A stretch of 64,000 nucleotides of DNA from Botryllus schlosseri (lineage: Eukaryota). Under the pieces are notes generated by a model. That model saw only the letters and a program-made list of their open reading frames with translations, did not search any database and was not told where the DNA came from. Where the stretch lies: contig CM119372.1 in assembly GCA_051294905.1 (NCBI GenBank), positions 39,186,001 through 39,250,000 of the forward strand, read 5' to 3'. Position numbers and translations under genes: made by a program. This document shows positions 24,631 to 37,876 of this stretch, one piece after another; positions within the stretch are counted from its first letter, which is position 1, and each line of letters starts with the position of its first letter.

Positions 24631-26713
24631 CAGCGGTTCTTAACCTTGCCTCCAGCGCTGGCGATTTTGAAGGGGGCGCTAACGCTCAGTGGGGCGCTGG
24701 GATCAGGGGGCGATATGGGGGCGCTAAAGAAAATATCTTCGCATTAGATGATGCGGTAGTATGGCATGTCCTTAATGAGTATTCAGAGCAAATTAACATT
24801 CCACAGAACATGTCAAATCCCGAAATTTTTGGTCGCGCTTATCGCGACGATTTTTGCTACATATTCTATGTTTTCATAAATGTAGTGGGTTATTATAATT
24901 CATGTAAAACGAATTGCGCGTACTGTTAGATCGCCAATTTCCCGTTGAGACACTGCCGTCACGCTCGCTAGGGTTATTTTCAACAAATTGTTTCGAATTA
25001 GGTATTAAATGCTGCAGCGTGTGAAAATCGAAGAAGGAGGCACTGCATATCACTTTTGAGAGTGAAAGCCCCCTCGTACATAAAATAAGTTTTGAAGCTT
25101 GGTGCACGTAATGAATAACTAAACATACTTTTATTTGAGAGCTATAAAATTAAATCGTTAGAATATTTCTTCGTCGTATCATATCGCTATAATATATAAT
25201 ATGAGCTGCTTTGTTTTGAATACGTTTATGTTAAAATGATTAACTGGGTACAGTACTAAATTCAATGTCAGCAGAAATATGCATCCCATTCTCAGTTGAC
25301 TTACTTGTAGTTACACAAAGCACTAAGACAAAATCCAATACCAATAATTTTCCCGTAGTGCCAATCGCAGATGTGAATTAGGGATGGTTAGAACCACAGG
25401 GTATGAGACCGTGCCCGATTGTTGTTATAACAACCTTGATTTGACCCTGATTATACCACACGCAATTATTATATGGTTTATTGTAGTCAAATGGTTCTCG
25501 CGCGCGATTAACGCGCGAAATATTTCCAATACCAAAGTCCCGATAAGACCGACTTAGCAAACCCTTGATGGGCGATTTTGAGTCCCATGACTCATAAGTG
25601 CCCTATTACGGGCGCTTGTGCCAATAGTACCTTGGTGCAACCCCAAGGGGCTGTCACAAGCGTCAACGGGGGGAGGTTTACTGCGGTTCCTCCGGGTTAC
25701 CCCTAAAAAAAATAAGAAGACCGACTTAGACCTCTTGCCATGATCGAAACTGCTGCAACCCTAACCCCCAATCGGTGAGCTCGAAGGGTGCCCCAAATTA
25801 TTTCGGTGAATGAACATAAATTGCACATCATGTTTTGACGACTCCCCCACTGAAGAATACGCATAAATATAGAAAATAGAAATAGGCATTTCAGCGTCGG
25901 CCATTGCCAGGCTACGATGTACGAAGACATATGTAGTTCCGGTCAATATGGGACTCCGAGAAGTGCGTCAAAAATATCGTCAGCGAGAAAATCTTAGCCT
26001 AAGAGGATTGCCCGTATATTGACAGTAAACGTCGATGAATATACGTCTAATTGTTCATAGGTGCTTGAATCGCTGGTGCCGAATTATCTTGTCGTCGCAA
26101 TCTGCACTCCACAGGACAAATAACATCCATCAGAGAAAATTATTTGCCAGTGAAGAAATACCAATTTTCAATCGTGTACTTACTTTAGAATAATACGTTT
26201 ATGCGTTTCAATATGTTTTGACTATATAGCGGACAAGAGGTAACAAAATAACAACATGTAACGAATTAATTGTACAAACGGGTATGCCCGAATATGATCA
26301 ATTATAAATTACGTGGCTTTCATTTTCCGATACAACAGCTCACTCAGCGCTACTGATCAATCTGATTACGTGGGCTGAGAGTATAAAACGTTTATAGCGA
26401 CATACATATACAATTACCACCTATTCATTCATGCATTATAAAAAAAATTGGCGCCTAGGGCGACCAGGTCACGCAAATTTTGCTGACCATCGAAATCACG
26501 CGACGGGGTTCTTAGGGCGAAGCCCTCAGAAGCTTGATTTATCACGCAATGGGTGCACAAGACAATCGTTTTTAGGGGGGCTGACGAAGTGCTGTTACGG
26601 CCCTTTCTCTTACCCATTGTCTATATTACAGTCCTTACAATATGACGTGGGGGGCGCTGGAGCACGATAATTTTTGAAAGGGGCGCTGGAGGAAAAAAGG
26701 TCAAGAACCACTG
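24631..26713. mobile_element. hAT-type non-autonomous element with GGGGCGCT subterminal repeats, containing other repeat fragments
   Basis: TIR CAGCGGTTCTTAACC...GGTCAAGAACCACTG; GGGGCGCT repeats at both ends; no clean TSD; 25770-25960(-) resembles 36200-36440(+). Confidence 0.65.
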
Positions 26714-27499
26714 CCCTATATTGTAACGCCCGTAGTTTAGTCGAAATGCAATACGGAGAAGTTGTATACGATACGGTGTAAACATTTTGCGCGATTAGTA
26801 AACGTTATAGAATTGAATAGTATATTCATATTGAAATACCTCGAATATTTTCGGCTGACATTCGTCAGGGGTAATCGTCTGAAACTAGTAAATAATTGGA
26901 AAGAACATTGTATATCAACCATCGCATCGAGATTGTGGATCGGAAGAATGCTATATTGTGTAGCTTTATTTCCGGAAATTAAAGGCATTACGGCCATAGC
27001 CAAATTTCATGGCCGGCTGCAATATACCAAGTTAGTATCGATGATAAGTACTGTATATGGCCCAATCGTGGTCAAATGCATGATCAATTATGTTCTGTTA
27101 TGGGCGTACAGTAAATAGACTAGGTGAGAGCGAGAGTTTAGCTCAGTTTATATGCATTTTCACCGGAAATACCAGAAGAATAGCGATACAATGAAACGAT
27201 AGGAAGAAGATGAAACGATCTGGAATAGTCTCTATATATCAATTAAAAACACAAAAATGATGTGAAGAATGCAATAAAAAGTAGGATATCCGGTAAATGA
27301 AACAGGAAATATAATGGTATAGAAAGTTAGAAGCGATGAAGACATTATCAAAACTGGTAACGGGTATGTGTTGATTTGTATCTTTTTTTATATAGAAATA
27401 GACCTAAATATTCGGCTGACGCTCGTCACAGCTAATCGTATGCAACTGCATAGAATAGGAAAAAACAATGTATACCAGATATCTGTTATAAAATCTCTA

Positions 27500-28540
27500 T
27501 AAGTTCCCCAAAAGCTGTGAGATTCACATGACATTCTGTGGCCGGCCACAGAACAGATCAGAGCTCGCTGTGGCCCGTGCTTCCCCCGTTCTGATATTGA
27601 TTTTCAACCTTAAGATGTGCAATGTGCATTGTGCAGTTGCAATCAATTGTATAGTTAGTTTTGTTAGCCACGCTCAAACGTAACAATGGGTGTCATGCTT
27701 AAGTGATTTTCTGTGCTCAATACTTGTCTGTTTATTTCCTTCGGCCTCATGTTCTTAGCAAGATGTGTGTAGTGCAGTAATTTGTCAGGCTTAAATTGGT
27801 TGCATTGAGACCTTTATTCAGTTAGTAAATGATTGAATATTCGTATGTTCCTGCATTATATTATAGTGTAGCGATATTTGGTGTACCACTTGAACTTGGT
27901 GCTTTCTATGTGCGGCTTTGGCCATCTACAATAAACGGTTGCCCTGGAGGGATGCATAGTGCCGAGTGATTGATGCGTATACTACCACACTATCGCCAAT
28001 ACTCCACAAGTTTTATTTTGTAAATATGCAAACCCACGATTAAACAATATAATGATGACAATGTCCTTCATTTTTCAACCATGTTTATCGTTTATGATGA
28101 GTCTGCGATGTGAATAAGTAATACATATATATTTGATCATGTAGTTTGAGGATGTAGGGGCAGTTTTTAAATCTTTCGTGGATTGCCCTGATTCATTTAT
28201 GAATAATACAATACTGTACTGGAAATTTGTCTTAATTAACTGCAGATTTTTTCGATTTACGCTTAAGTAGACTCGACTATATACCTCCTTGAATGCATAA
28301 TCTATGTTTCATCGAGATACTGGATCGGTCAATATGCGGTCATTTTACCTGTTTTCTTGTTTTCAATACTAAATGCCGTAATCAAAGTACCCGAACGAAA
28401 CAATTAGGGAATAAAAGAACCAAAAATATGTGGAATATACTCTTTCAAGTTCCAGAAAAGCTGTGAAATCCACATAACATTCTGTGGCCGGCTACAGAGC
28501 AGCTCGCTGTAGCCGGTGCTTCCCCCGATCTGATATGTCT
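27500..28540 (+). repeat. Two ~95-bp direct repeat copies (27500-27600, 28447-28540)
   Basis: AAGTTCC..AAAAGCTGTGA.AT.CACAT.ACATTCTGTGGCCGGC.ACAGA...AGCTCGCTGT.GCC.GTGCTTCCCCCG.TCTGATAT in both copies. Confidence 0.75.
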
Positions 28541-31070
28541 TTCCAACAGTATAGGATATGTAGTTGTAAACAATTCCATAGTTTGTTATCTTCGGTATAA
28601 CTGAATAGCTGTGAATTGGATAATGCCAGGCTGATACAATCCTTCCTTTTCTGTATCAGGTGATGAGTCCGCGATATACGGTTATACATATTTGATTATC
28701 GTACTGCTATACAAAACATACGACGCTCGAGATCCTCAACATCAATGGAGCTTGCACTCATTTGCACGATGAGAATTGTGTCGATGAATCTATGAATATT
28801 TCTATGTTGTAGCAGCAAGTGAACTTGACACACTGCAGATGTGCTGCAAATGTAGAATAGATGCAACGATGTAGCCTAACCTACCAGTAATATTGGTAAA
28901 ATGTGGGGCTTTGTTCCCAGAAATTTGATTTTGGTCACGTTTCCGATCCTATATAATTTGTATGTAGGCTATATCCACCTAGGTGCCGTTCTTCCAGGTT
29001 GAAACAAATAATCTACGAATGAGATGCATGTCGCAGTCACTAACGATGCCGTGTATGCCAGAGGATACTTGATTACTTGGCTGCAAGGATCGTTTTGTAT
29101 CGCATGTCGTTGTCAGATCAAGCTGCTAACCGATGTGGTGGGCATTGGACGTTAATGTGCCTGCTAGGCCTATATAATTAAATTACTGTTATAATAATAG
29201 ATAACTCCAGATACTTTGCGTCATCTAATGCAGCACCATCGATCGATGCGACATCAAATGCAGCGCCATCGATCGACGAAAAAATGCCCATGTCAAGCCT
29301 ACGAATTGACCAATAGGCATGATATATTTGTGGCTGATGCAGGGAACAATGTGCCAATGTGATTTCGCTAGCCTTCCTAGCCGACATGATATCACCAGCC
29401 GACTCAAACCCGACGTGCGCTAGCCGACTCGAATCCCTTGCTCACCTGTATTTGAAATGTCTTCTCGACGACGACGACAACTATCGGTGGAAGATATTGC
29501 CAGGTCGACCAATTTCCCTGGTGCCCCGAGGATGCCGCCACCAGTGGTACATTTCTGGTCTCATTCGCCAGAGTCGTGGTTTGTTTCGATCGAAGCAGGA
29601 TTTTCAAGTTATGGAGTTACGGACTCTGCGTCGAAGTATTTTCATGTTCTGGGATGTTTGGACGGCAACCAGCTCGAACCGATTCGTTTAAAGTTACCTG
29701 GCCCAGAAGACGACGACTGCTACGAAGTATTGCGTGATCTTCTGATGCGTGAGTACGCTATTCCAATACGAGACCGTGTTAAGGAGCTTTATAGTGATCG
29801 CTGTAGAGATTTAAAACCCTCTGAACTCTGAAAAAATCACGAAATGCAATGAGGGCTTATCAAACACCAAGTTCTGACCGTTATTTCAAAGAAACGTTCC
29901 TTCGTCATTTGCCAGATCATATTGCTGGGATATTGTCGCCACATGTAGACGATACCGTGGAACAGTTTGTCCTACGAGCTGATAGTATATAGCCTACACC
30001 CGCGCTTCTCCTCGTGAGGTTTCAAATCATAGATGAATTACAACGAACTGTTCAATCGATAGCTCGAGAGGTCAGGGAATTGAAGGCGATACCTTCGGCA
30101 CGACTTTTACCTGCATCGGGCGGACACAGCTCGCACAATTTCAATCGTAGTTCCGTTCCTCGCCATGAACCCTAAAGAGGTGACCGACCAGATTTTCGGA
30201 CGCTGTCAAACCGTTCTGAGACACGTGGTGAGGTAACTCGATTTGCTCATCGGTGTGGTACCAATCACTTGTGCTTTTATCATGACAAATTCGGTGATCG
30301 AGCTCGAAATTGCCGTCCACCATGTTCCTGCTCTTCAAATCGCCCTTTTTTAGACGGAGGCCTCGTGAGGGATCGCAACAATTTTCAACAGTGAACTCCG
30401 AATGTCAAAACCCTTTTATTGCATGTGCGAGATTCGATTTCAGGGCAGATTTTCCTCGTCGATACAGGAGCAATGGAGCATCCGTTTCTGTATTGCCGAC
30501 TTCGAGTAACGTTTTCGAAAGTAAACCAGGACTAAGCCTATACGCTACAGATCAATCAAAAATTGTGACGTTTGGAACGAGATATTTAAGGATCGAGTTC
30601 TCCGAAAGACACAAGTATGGAATATGGATTTCGATTCTATGTTCCTGATACACACATTGTCATATTGGGGGCTGATTTGATTAAGCGATTTTCCCTCGTC
30701 GTTGATTTGAGGACCAATCGTCTGATTGATACTGTTTCAGGAGGTTTCATTCCTGGCTGGAAGTGTAATCCAGTAGTTCGCGGGTTGAACTGTATAGCGC
30801 CTGATCACAATAGGCCAGTGGTTCCCAACCTTTTTCCACCCACGTACCACTTCGAGGTTTTACGCAGTGCTCGCGTACCACCTACATAAGTTACGCGCGC
30901 CGAAGGCGGTCAAAAATGTTTCCACCGTGTTGAGCTGCGGAAGGCAGCGAAACAGAAAATAAACTGCCCAATTTAAGGCGCAGTATATGATTTCTGTAGT
31001 GATTCCATGATGACTTCTTGTGGTCAACCATATTAAAACGGAATTTGGTTAGATAAGATTCCCAATGCCC

Positions 31071-32146
31071 AGACGTGATTGTGTAATAGTGATACGTCCG
31101 GCTTCTTGATCGGTAGGTCGTGGATTCGATCCCCGGCCGGGTCAGACCAAAGACTCGAAAACTGGTATCCGCCGCTATCCTGCTAGGCGCTCGGCATCCA
31201 TGGATAGCATAGAGGAGAAAAAACGGGCGTGTAGACTAGATGACCTTACGATCGTATCGCATCTCCGTCGTCAAAAACATCTCGATCAGGGGTGGCCAAC
31301 CTTTTGGCTATTCACGGCCGCATTTCGATTACTCATGTGGCCTACGGCCGCATTCCGGAGTATATTCATTATGAACTAGCTGGACGCCCAATACCCATGT
31401 TAAATTTTCCATGTCCATTTCCTACGAACTCCGGACTAATCTATGCATTGATATGGCCCTACCATACGCACCGAAATAGCGAGTTGTGATGTCATGGTAA
31501 CGGACATGATCGCGCGAAGCTCGAAAACCTTTTTTCAGGATAATGAATCAACTTTGTCAATATTATCAGTAGTTTCACATATTACTATCAAACATTTATC
31601 CTTTCTAGTCCCATATGATTAGATTCACCGGTAGAGTTGATGGAGGGGGTACTGGACAAGTTATATATGATGATTTGATGATGCATATTTGGGTGGGCCA
31701 ACTGTTATTAGTCAATTTGCTGCATGCTGGAATTTCTTGACCTCTCATCAGGATTGTAGGTAGTGGAAAGATTTGAATCGCCCAGAGGTGCCAGAAACAG
31801 ATTTCTTTCGTGAGGAGCACACGATTTCGAGTTGGTATTTCCATATGGGGCACATCACGTTCCTGTTGTTCGCACCTGTTTTATGGGGCGCAAATTGCAA
31901 AGGGCGCTTCTATACTAACACTGAAAAATTGAATCGCGCATAGCGCGAAGAAAATCTCAAAATCAATTAAAATCTCTCAAAAATTCAGGAGTTAAATTGT
32001 AAATTCAATTTTCGTGTCGACGGCCGCCAACACATCCTAATTGAATTGTGTGGCCACGGCCGCACAAATTTCCTTCTACGGCCGCAGTTTGGTCACCCCT
32101 GATTTCGATGGTGCAGGCGGACACGAATACCTCCTTTTCTCTCTCT
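31071..32146 (+). mobile_element. SINE family 1 copy, interrupted by a MITE
   Basis: GTCCGGCTTCTTGATCGGTAGGTCGTGGATTCGATCCC matches 6971-7233(-); resumes after 32101 with ...GGTGCAGG..GAATAC..(TC)n. Confidence 0.85.
31287..32101. mobile_element. hAT-type MITE (CGGCCGCA family) nested in the SINE
   Basis: TIR CAGGGGTGGCCAA...TTGGTCACCCCTG; TSD ATCTCGAT/ATTTCGAT; inverted homologue at 37877-38639. Confidence 0.9.
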
Positions 32147-32291
32147 TCACTCGATGCTTTCAAATCTACCCCACTTGAACTGATAACTCCCTTCGGTCGA
32201 TAAACAAAAAATCTACTCGCGTACCACCTGGAAGACCTTCGCGTACCACTAGTGGTACGCGTACCACAGGTTGCGAACCACTGCAATAGGC

Positions 32292-32851
32292 CATATGTAG
32301 ATCTTTTGTCGAGCTTCAATGACATTAACGTTCCACGGAATGCAGCAGTACGAGCTAATCACGGTACTGTACATCGTATTATTACTAACGGATGTCCCAC
32401 TTGTTCTCGCTGTCGCCCATTGCCGCCACATTTGAAACAGAAGGTGAAGAATCGATTGCAAGAGATGTTGAAGTCCGGTGTAATCATTCGCTTAAAATCG
32501 CCTTTCGCCTCTCCTATTACTGTCGTACCAAAGCGGTTAGACAATATTAGAATCTGTGTCGACTATAGGAAATTAAACAATCAAACGGTCAAGGATCGCT
32601 GGCCTGTCCCATTTTTGCGTGATTTTACCAATGAACTGTCGAACTGTAATGTTTTTAGCAAAGTTGACTTAGCGAAGGCGTACCATCAAATTCCTCTTCA
32701 TCCGGACGATCAAGAGAAGGCTGCTTTTATTTGTCCTGAAGGACTATTCCAACCAACGACGATGATGTTTGGCTTGACCAACGCTTGTAGTACTTTTAGC
32801 CGTTTTATATCCGAAGTAACCGAAGGACTGGACAATATTTTGTGGTTTTAG
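32292..32851 (+). pseudogene. Gypsy reverse transcriptase segment
   Basis: RT motifs in ORF 32252-32851; catalytic YxDD degenerate and frameshifted (..LDYILII) at ~32850. Confidence 0.9.
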
Positions 32852-33058
32852 ACTACATTTTAATTATTGCGACTCGAACTGATGAAGAGCACATGGCAAT
32901 ATTAAAGGAATTGTTCTCAAGGTTTCGTAAGTTCGGACTGGTCATAAATGACGATAAGTGCAGTTTCGGTAAAGAAGAAATCGAATTTTTAGGTCACCAT
33001 TAGTCCCTTATCATCAAAAGTTGAAGAGTAATCTCTAACTATCCTCGTCCCGAAAAAT

Positions 33059-34972
33059 GTGAAACAACTACGTTCATTCCTTGGACTAGTTTGTTATTAC
33101 CACCGTCTTGTCAAAAACTGTGCCGAGATTTTGAAGGCACTGTATGACGCGGCCAATGCAGCATCGAATAAGCGTGATCGTGTCAAATGGACAGACAGTG
33201 CTAACACAGCTTTTGAGCGCATCAAGACCGAACTGTCCGACAATGTCATATTATCCCACCCGATTCACGATGCTGAACTGTCATTTGTGGTAGACGCTAG
33301 TCAAGTCGGAATTGGAGATGTTTTGCTACAGAAATGTGGTGATTCGTGGTTACCCTTAGCATTCTTTTCGAAAACCTTGAACCCGACACAGCGCAAGTAC
33401 TACGCATTTGATCGCGAGCTTTTAGCGGCTTATTCAGCAATCAAGCATTTTCATGTCCAGCTAAAGGGTAGGAAATTTCAGCTGATTACCGATAATGACG
33501 GTCTTGTAAAATCGTTAAGGAATCCGACCGACAAACTTCTGGATCGTCAAGCAAGACAGTTGGAATTCATCGACGACGACGTCAGACATATCAAAGGGAA
33601 TCTGAACACAGCTGCTGATACTCTCTCCAGACTGAATGTGAACGCGATTTTTCCGAACACTGTTCCCATGACAGCGGAAGCATTATTAGAAGCCCAGAAA
33701 GATGATGATGAGCTCAAAGAACTCCTCGCTAACGCCGGTGACCATTCGTTGCATCTCGCGGAAGTGCATTTCGAAGAGTTGAACGATCCTATCATCTTCG
33801 ACAAGTCGTTACCTGGTAGAGAACGTCCTTACGTTCCTGCGCCACTTCGAGATACTGTGATGCACAGTGTGCATGATATTTCGCACCCCGGTATACGCGC
33901 GACCACTAAATTAATGGCTGAACGTTATGTATGGCCCGGCATGAAACGGCATGTGAACGATTTCGTCCGTCATTGTCAGCAGTGTCAACGATCGAAGATT
34001 CATAGGCATACTCGAATTGCAATTAACAGTCTTCCCGTCCCTTCCGAACGCTTTCATACGGTTAACGCGGACATTTTGTCACTCCCGAATAGTTGCGGCT
34101 ACTCGTATATTGTGATGTGTGTTGATCGCTATACTCGCTGGCCCGTATGTGTTCCCATGATAGACATTCGTGCCCAAACTGTTATTGATGCGTTTAGTTT
34201 TGGCTGGCTGTCAAATTTCGGCTCACCCCGTAAAGTAATAACCGACCGAGGAAGTCAGTTTACCTCGCTGGAATGGACTCGGTATATGCAATTTTTGGGT
34301 ATTTTCCATATCACAACCTTGGCGTATAAGCCGGAACAAAATTCTCTTGTCGAACGCTATAACAGAACTTTGAAAGCCTCCCTCCGCGCATTAGAAAGTC
34401 CTCATAATTGGTATCATCATTTAGGCTTAATTGTTTTAGGGCTGCGATGTTTTGTCAAGGAAGATCTCGGTTATTCACCAGCAGAGCTTGTGTATGGCAC
34501 TTCCCTTCGATTACCCAGTCAATTAGTCAATCCCTCTTCCAGTGGTAATAACGTTAATGAGTTCAACTACGTCGGTGAATTGAAGCGCTTTTTCTCAGCT
34601 TTGGGTGAGATGCCGACTAGGTTTCATTCGAATCAAAAATCTTATGTCCCAAACGATTTGAATAATTGCACGCACGTTTTCTTGCGGATAGATGGTCATC
34701 GTAGATCACTCGATCCGTTTTATTCTGGACCACATCAAGTTTTAAAACACACTCATAAATGTTTCACAATTCAAACGAATAAGGGTCCGTATGACGCCTC
34801 AACCGACAGGCTTATACCTGGCAGACTTCCCATCGAGCGTCTCGACGAATTGACGCCACCGCAAGTTGACACTTCGCGAACAAACTCTGTGTCGGCCAGT
34901 GGCCGTATTATTCGTACTCCACACCACTTGAATGATTTTGTGTTGTCACCAGTATTTAATATGGATATTTAG
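33059..34972 (+). pseudogene. Gypsy RNase H-integrase segment (637-aa open stretch)
   Basis: LRSFLGLVCYY, FVVDASQVGIG, PLAFFSK, DRELLA, ADTLSR, HDISHPG..CQQCQRSK, DRYTRWP, TDRGSQF, VERYNRTLK. Confidence 0.93.
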
Positions 34973-35307
34973 TGTGTTACTCATTCACTTTTCCGCCATC
35001 ACTTGTATTTTTTCGCAACAGGCTCCTTCATCTCCTGTGTGTTCTATAAATCGTGTCTTGAGCCTTTCACATTGTAAAGTGCATCATTATCGCTAAACGA
35101 ATAATTGTGTCGTTTATAGCTTTACCACCACGCCCATCTCACTTTCATTAGTCGTTAGAACATTTAGAATTGAACTCGTATTCGAAACCTAAACTGTAAT
35201 CACTACCTTGTCATGCTGGTAGTGTCCTTCATTCGTATATACTTGAATCGCCGACTGATGTAGTGTCCATATTATATCCTAAAGCTTTTACCAACCAGGG
35301 GGGCCCT

Positions 35308-35574
35308 TGTAGCGTACCGCTCCATGATTAACCTGTAATTATCCCCGCTGATCACTGAATATGTTACTGCTAGGCTACGTCTTGTTGTGTTGTACTCTTT
35401 TACGACCCAGTCGCCTTTGAGTCACCGTCCGCGATGCCAGTCGCTCTTAGTCTCCGTCGGACGAGCATCGTCGTGTTTTAGCTGTTTTAATAAAAAGGTA
35501 ATGCTGATGTGTCTACTTTGTCTCACCGAGACGCGGACCCAGAAGAACGCGCGCCCACGACAGATCACGCTATA
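35308..35574 (+). repeat. 3' LTR of the Gypsy element with upstream PPT
   Basis: Purine tract AGGGGGG at ~35297-35303, then TGTAGCGT...ACGCTATA (imperfect terminal inverted repeat); internal AATAAA. Confidence 0.75.
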
Positions 35575-37637
35575 GTGCTATAGAGTGACATTTAGAGGGC
35601 TCTGATCGCAGGTAATTATATTCACGATGGCATCCATGTGATTTTATGGTAGTGAGTCTTCCGAGTCGAGGTAAAATTGCCTTGCCAGATAAACGTGCTA
35701 CCGCCGAGATTCGTTTACAGTCTTTCGCGCCGAAGGCCGTGGGATTAAGCGACCACGCCAACTCCAATAATATTCATCTCTTTGATAATATCGAGAGAAG
35801 AAGCGTATCGGAGTCGAACCAAGCATCTTGTCGTGCTACCTTGCTCATACCCACTGCCACCAGACGAAGGCTACTCTGCCAACTACGAATACAATGCGTG
35901 CCGCAAGAAAACGCAATACAACAGCTATACCGGCCATCCACAAATCCGGGCCGAAATGCACTTCTTCAGCCCACCCCCAAAAACGTTGGTCTTGGGACCC
36001 CTACAGGACGATAAGCCAAACTTCCGAGGGATTCGCCCCCAGACCCTACAGTTGGGTGGATATTTCACCTGTACTTGTGATCACATGTATTCTACTCAGC
36101 GTAAGCAGAGAGTTTACGTAACTGATCGCGCCAATGGCTAAAATTTTCGATCATTCACAACCGAAGCGGTTTTTCGCGGCCGAATTTTTGGTCCATCTTT
36201 CGGAGTCCCATGTTAACCTAAACTTTATTATGTGTTGGTGCTTCGTGACGCGGTAATGGCTGACGCCGAAATGCCGATAAATCCGGTCGTCTATTAAGCA
36301 AGACATTTAGGCACACTATTTCGTGCAAAGCGCGAAAAGAAATTGAGAAATGCTGGAAAAAGTTTCAAATAAATACGCTGATTTATGTTCATTGGCGAAA
36401 TAATTTTGGGCCCTTTTGAAGCTCGGCCCCTCTCCGATTAAGCGGTTTGAGATCCCCGAGTTACGTTCCTGCACAAAATGAATGAATCGAAAACCAATGA
36501 TCAAACTGCGCTGTTTAGCGATGAGTGAGCTCGTATCTGTTCTGTATTTGTCGCTCGCATGTCGTCGAATAAAACGTCTTGAACTTTAAGTCAAATCGAA
36601 CATGTTTCCAGCCCTAATGTTACCTCACGAAGTTATGAATCAGTTTAAAATTTGATGTTTTATATATTTTATCAATGGACCAGCGTTCAACATTTTTCTT
36701 GAAATTAAAGAATAAAATTATAATATACCTGGCGGACCGGCAGGAATGTCGTCGCGGACCGGCGGTTGAGAACCACTGATTTAGAGCAATTCCCACGTGT
36801 TAGTCACTCATTATTGCATAGCTGTGGCAGTAGCCTATAAAGCCCGGTGCGCTGGGTAGCTGTTTTTAATAGCGGGCGAACTGCACTGCCTAAGACAGAC
36901 TTGGATGCAATATAGATTGCCCGGTTTCGCCCTCAATTAGGCTACCCTAAATCAACACAATTTAATTAAATTCCCAAACTGACCCAATTTAGCATGGCAG
37001 TACAGAACGACGCCGTGCTCTCTGTGATCACTACCAGCATTAGGATTAGTCTCAGTGAAACCTACCTTGAAATAAATTGATGTCCTGTTCAATGTTTATT
37101 TGCTGTTTTCAAACAAGTTTTGGGAAATTTGTTAGAAATGTTAAAGACTCAACAACTGGAATGCGGATTTAAACTTGGCGCAAGACATACCATATATACA
37201 TACTTACACATACACACTCAAATAGCCTACTGAATGCAAGAAATCTAGTGACAATGAATCATGCGAAGTACCGAGAAAATTCAAGTCAAATAAATCTGCT
37301 ATGAAATATCCTACTTTATGGTAATATACGAAGATCTGGGATCAATGTGGCTGGCCCCTGGATACGTCAATGCGTCAAAACTGTTGTTTTAGTCATCATC
37401 AAATTTCGCGGTCATGTTAATCATATTTTGGTTGACCTTGCAATTGCACCTGATGTCATAAATAATTTCGACAATTACCTCGCAGGCCACACCCAACCTT
37501 CTCGTGTGCCAAATTTGGGCTGCTTGCCATGGGCTGGCCGCACCTGATCTGTATGGATATTAATAACAGATGATTGGTGGTACATAAAAATTCTATTGAA
37601 AATTCTTTGAGAGCAAATGTTTTCACGATAGAGAAGT

Positions 37638-37858
37638 TGGAGTCGGATTCGGAGTCGAAGTCAGGGTCATTCTCACAAACTCCGACTCCAACTCCAGTCA
37701 GTATTTTCCCCACGACTCCGACTCCGACTCCAGATATTATAGTTTTCACGACTCCGACTCCAGTCAGTATTTTCCCCACGACTCCGACTCCGACTCCATC
37801 AAGCGAAAATTACCCAGACTCCGACTCCGACTCCACCGACTCCGACTCCACAGCCCTG
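37638..37858. mobile_element. Terminal fragment of a GGAGTC/GACTCC-repeat hAT-type MITE
   Basis: (GACTCC)n arrays ending in ...GACTCCACAGCCCTG, a TIR-like CAGGGCTGTGGAGTC on the minus strand. Confidence 0.7.
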
Positions 37859-37876
37859 GTATGTATACTATTATAT

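Larger units (their letters stand above)
30816..32283. mobile_element. hAT-type MITE inserted into Gypsy pol between protease and RT
   Basis: TIR CAGTGGTTCCCAACC...GGTTGCGAACCACTG; perfect TSD CAATAGGC (30808-30815, 32284-32291); removal restores ...CIAPDHNR|PYVDLLSSFNDI... Confidence 0.95.
29457..35574 (+). mobile_element. Decayed Ty3/Gypsy LTR retrotransposon (5' LTR not found)
   Basis: Domain order gag (FWSHSPESWFVSIEAGF), protease (FLVDTGA ~30452), RT (SPFASPITVVPK, CVDYRKLN, KVDLAKAYHQ, MMFGLTNA), RNase H (VVDAS, ELLA), integrase (H-H-C-C, TDRGSQF, ERYNRTLK); multiple stops and frameshifts. Confidence 0.95.

Noticed and set aside
24261..26721. Composite transposon from 24269 to 26713 with TSD CCCTTTAG/CCCTATAT
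   Set aside because: Two mismatches in 8 bp and termini from different families; may be chance
35640..36141. Three overlapping ORFs after the LTR as an env-like or novel gene
   Set aside because: Outside the LTR, with no recognisable motifs or splice logic; adjacent to a dispersed repeat (36200-36440 ~ 25770-25960)
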